Shown here: positions 29,209-32,000 of the stretch, in pieces
Layout: each line of letters starts with the position of its first letter
How positions within the stretch are numbered: the stretch's first letter is position 1
NCBI RefSeq assembly: GCF_000011465.1
Contig: NC_005072.1
Coordinates: forward strand, 1,200,001 to 1,232,000
Direction of reading: 5' to 3'
Length of the DNA: 32,000 nt
Source: Prochlorococcus marinus subsp. pastoris str. CCMP1986
GTDB lineage: Bacteria > Cyanobacteriota > Cyanobacteriia > PCC-6307 > Cyanobiaceae
The notes under the pieces: model-generated
Databases searched by the model: none
The model's input: the letters and a program-made list of their open reading frames with translations, nothing else
What the model was told of the DNA's origin: nothing
Position numbers and translations under genes: made by a program

Positions 29209-29865
29209 TTAGCAAATCCTTTTTATAATTCTTAGCGCAGCCATTGCCGCTCCATAACCATTGTCTATATTCATAACCGAAATCCCAGGAGCACAACTTG
29301 ATAACATACTATTTAGAGCAGTTTCTCCATTCTTACTAACTCCATACCCTATGGAAACCGGCACCGCAATTATAGGTTGAGATAATAATCCTCCAATAAC
29401 AGTTGCGAGAGCTCCTTCCATTCCCGCACAAACTATAAGAACATCGTATTTATTAATTTCCTCTATTTCACTGAATAAACGATGAAGTCCTGCTACTCCT
29501 ACATCTATAAAAGTTTGACAGCTAACTCCATAAATTTCTAGAGATAATTTAGCTTCAAGTGTTACTGCTAAATCACTAGAGCCTCCTGAGATTATTGCTA
29601 CTTTTTTATTTGTCGAGAATTTATTTAAATTTTCACCAATTATAAAGCAATTTGCTTCTTCAATAAATCTCCCCTCCTTAAAGATTTCTAATAAATGTGC
29701 AGCTTTTTCTTTATCAATACGCGTAATAAAAACTACTTCTTTTTTTTCTAAGACTTCTTTAGACACTCTCTCCAATTGATCTATACTTTTATCTGCACCC
29801 CAAATCGCTTCAATAAGTCCAATTCTTCCTCTTCTCTGGAAGTCAAACCTAATATCTAAATTCAT
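29209..29865 (-). CDS. larB: LarB-family protein (AIR carboxylase-related, nickel-pincer cofactor synthesis family)
   Basis: FDFQRRGRIGLIEAIWGADKSIDQL, VAIISGGSSDLAVTLEA, VLIVCAGMEGALATVIGGLLSQPIIAVPVSIGYG, MLSSCAPGISVMNIDNGYGAA. Confidence 0.88.
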   Translation of the reverse strand: MNLDIRFDFQRRGRIGLIEAIWGADKSIDQLERVSKEVLEKKEVVFITRIDKEKAAHLLEIFKEGRFIEEANCFIIGENLNKFSTNKKVAIISGGSSDLAVTLEAKLSLEIYGVSCQTFIDVGVAGLHRLFSEIEEINKYDVLIVCAGMEGALATVIGGLLSQPIIAVPVSIGYGVSKNGETALNSMLSSCAPGISVMNIDNGYGAAMAALRIIKRIC

Positions 29866-30308
29866 CCTTGTTTAACTAACTCTCCTTCATAAATTAATTC
29901 AAAAGGATTAACATTTGTATTCAAAGATGTTTTAACGTTTTCTTCGAATTTTTCTTGCACCTCATTTACTTCGTTCATTGATATACTTTTCCATAGTTTT
30001 TTATTTTCCCAGTTTACCAATATTAAAGCTTCTTCCTTTTCTTTATCCCAGAATATTTGTCTACCTAAAAAACCAGATTGAATAGATAACCAAGGCTCCC
30101 AAACTTCTTTTTCAGCCTGAAGCCATACTTTTTTAAACTCAGAAGGAATCTTAAGTCTTAATTCTTCTGTGACAGGTCCACTTTGATAAGTATCCATGGG
30201 AAGAGCATTAAGGGTTGGAGAATTGATTTGAAAAAGAAAAATGAATAGAAAAATAAATAAAAAAGAAAGGTTTTTTATTTTCTCTTTAACATTAAATTTT
30301 ATTTTCAT
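29862..30308 (-). CDS. TIGR03792-like cyanobacterial protein with N-terminal signal/TM segment
   Basis: [63 protein letters not shown]. Confidence 0.7.
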   Translation of the reverse strand: MKIKFNVKEKIKNLSFLFIFLFIFLFQINSPTLNALPMDTYQSGPVTEELRLKIPSEFKKVWLQAEKEVWEPWLSIQSGFLGRQIFWDKEKEEALILVNWENKKLWKSISMNEVNEVQEKFEENVKTSLNTNVNPFELIYEGELVKQG

Positions 30309-31528
30309 TCTTTTTTCTCAAGCAACACTACAGAGTGACAACTTATTCCTTCCTCTCTACCCTCAGGTCCCAATTTCTCATTTGTGGTAGCCTTTATTCC
30401 AATAAAACTACCATTAATTTGTAAGGTATTGGAAATATTATTCTTCATTAGTTGCACATGGGGTTTAATTTTTGGTCTTTCAGCCACGATAACGCTATCA
30501 ATATTATTAACTTCCCAACCTTCCTTTCTAATTAATTCAATAACTTTAGATAATAAAAATAAACTATCAGCATTTTTCCATTTCTGATCAGATGGTGGGA
30601 AATATTTTCCAATATCTCCAAGAGATAGAGCTCCTAATAATGCATCCATTATTGAATGACTAAGAACGTCAGCATCACTATGACCATCAAGTCCTAAATT
30701 ATCAGGATGCTGCATCTTAACTCCTCCAATTATTAAGTCCCGCCCCTCCACTAATCTATGAATATCATATCCATTACCTATTCGGAATTTCATTATTTCA
30801 TTTGAGTCTCTGTTTATTCTCTTACTTTTTGGTAATTTTTTATAGTCATCATTCGAAATCAAATCATTTCTTCTATCCAAGGTCCTTTCTAACATTTTTT
30901 GCTTACGCCATAATTTAATCTCTTCATGATTACCACTAACCAGAATATCTGGTACCCTCATTTCTCTAAAAATTAAAGGTCTAGTGTAATGAGGATATTC
31001 TAATAAAGAAGAATTATGACTCTCATCTATTAAGGAGCCTGGATCTCCTAGGGTTCCTGGTAATAATCTTGTTAAGCCATTTATTATAGATATAGAAGGA
31101 ATTTCGCCACCTGAAAGTACATAATCACCGATAGAAACCTCTTCATCAGCCAAGCATCTAACTCTTTCATCAAAACCTTCGTATTGCCCACAAATAATTA
31201 TCAATTGATCCAAAGAAGACCATCTTAAAAGATCCTGCTGCTTCAAGACTTTACCTTGTGGAGTCATTAATAGAGTTTTACTATTCGGTAATTTATCTAT
31301 TGAATCATGAGCCTTGTAGATCGGTTCTGGTTTTAAAACCATCCCTGAACCTCCCCCGTAAGGCTTATCATCTACTTGCCTATAATTACCTTCTCCGTAT
31401 TCTCTTAAATCGTGCAAGTTAACATTAATCAGATTTTTCTCTAAAGCTCTTGTTATGACCCCTAAATTATTGATTAATTCAAAAGCTTTGGGAAACAACG
31501 TAATTACGTCAAAATTGAAACGAGTCAT
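30305..31528 (-). CDS. trmD-ispF: fused tRNA (guanine-N1)-methyltransferase (TrmD, ~245 aa) and 2-C-methyl-D-erythritol 2,4-cyclodiphosphate synthase (IspF, ~162 aa, from 30793)
   Basis: TrmD motifs [40 protein letters not shown]; then IspF motifs [44 protein letters not shown], in one uninterrupted frame. Confidence 0.93.
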   Translation of the reverse strand: MTRFNFDVITLFPKAFELINNLGVITRALEKNLINVNLHDLREYGEGNYRQVDDKPYGGGSGMVLKPEPIYKAHDSIDKLPNSKTLLMTPQGKVLKQQDLLRWSSLDQLIIICGQYEGFDERVRCLADEEVSIGDYVLSGGEIPSISIINGLTRLLPGTLGDPGSLIDESHNSSLLEYPHYTRPLIFREMRVPDILVSGNHEEIKLWRKQKMLERTLDRRNDLISNDDYKKLPKSKRINRDSNEIMKFRIGNGYDIHRLVEGRDLIIGGVKMQHPDNLGLDGHSDADVLSHSIMDALLGALSLGDIGKYFPPSDQKWKNADSLFLLSKVIELIRKEGWEVNNIDSVIVAERPKIKPHVQLMKNNISNTLQINGSFIGIKATTNEKLGPEGREEGISCHSVVLLEKKE

Positions 31529-32000
31529 TTAATAATCCACCTCATAACCTAGCTCCATTAATTTTGATTCTTTTTTTCTCCAATTTGGAACAACTTTTAC
31601 AAACAACTCCAAGTGAACTGGACCATTTATTAACTTCTTCATATTTGATCTTGCACTCTGACCGATAGTCTTTAACATCGAACCTTTTTTACCAATAAGA
31701 ATTCCCTTTTGACTTGTTCTCTCAACAATAATTGTAGCCAAAATAGCCGTAAAATTTTTACCCTTATCTCTTTTAATTTCCTTAATTTTTTCTATGTTTA
31801 CTGCAACACTATGGGGAACTTCCTCCCTTGTATTGATTAATACTTGCTCTCTAACTAAATCCGCTAATAAATTATCTAGAGGTTGATCGCATATTGTCTC
31901 TTCCTCGTAAAGCATTGGTCCTATTGGGAGGAAATTTAAAATTATATCAATCAATTCAGAGCACCCATCTCCTTCAGATGCACTTACAATTTGAAAATTT
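31529..32000 (-). CDS. era: GTPase Era, partial (C-terminal KH region; runs off window edge)
   Basis: IGPMLYEEETICDQPLDNLLADLVREQVLINTREEVPHSVAV, GILIGKKGSMLKTIGQSAR. Frame stays open through FQIVSASEGDGCSEL to the window end. Confidence 0.93.
   Translation of the reverse strand, partial: NFQIVSASEGDGCSELIDIILNFLPIGPMLYEEETICDQPLDNLLADLVREQVLINTREEVPHSVAVNIEKIKEIKRDKGKNFTAILATIIVERTSQKGILIGKKGSMLKTIGQSARSNMKKLINGPVHLELFVKVVPNWRKKESKLMELGYEVDY

Noticed and set aside
30384-30587. 67-aa plus-strand ORF across the IspF domain
   Set aside because: Antisense shadow of a clearly conserved enzyme domain.

Overview
Low-GC, densely coded cyanobacterial chromosome segment. Gene content and order look like Prochlorococcus; this is inferred from protein content, not from a search. 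Left part (about 1-16.3 kb) is a cell-surface polysaccharide/glycan island. It holds a tightly packed carbamoyltransferase - SxtJ-like - DUF5989-like - SGNH hydrolase module with a probable A8 frameshift in the SGNH gene, a hexapeptide acyltransferase, a methyltransferase, two GT2 glycosyltransferases, a GT-C-like membrane protein, tRNA-Ala(GGC), an NAD-sugar epimerase with a YxxxH instead of a YxxxK motif, two tandem DegT/DnrJ/EryC1 aminotransferases, a UDP-glucuronate decarboxylase-like SDR and a UDP-glucose dehydrogenase. Right part (about 16.3-32 kb) is core genome: lexA (with a match to the cyanobacterial LexA box directly before the start), argF, ftsH, ribD, DUF3122, a small conserved protein, cobL/cbiET, nadK, pheS, surE, DUF3611, ribF, thiE, thiS, larB, a TIGR03792-like protein, an in-frame trmD-ispF fusion, and era (partial). 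I found no CRISPR, transposase or clear defence system. The most notable signals are the carbamoyl/SxtJ/DUF5989/SGNH module including a 53-aa gene missed by the ORF track, the homopolymer frameshift, the trmD-ispF fusion, the K-to-H SDR, a 50-bp tandem duplication near the tRNA, and the LexA autoregulatory sites.
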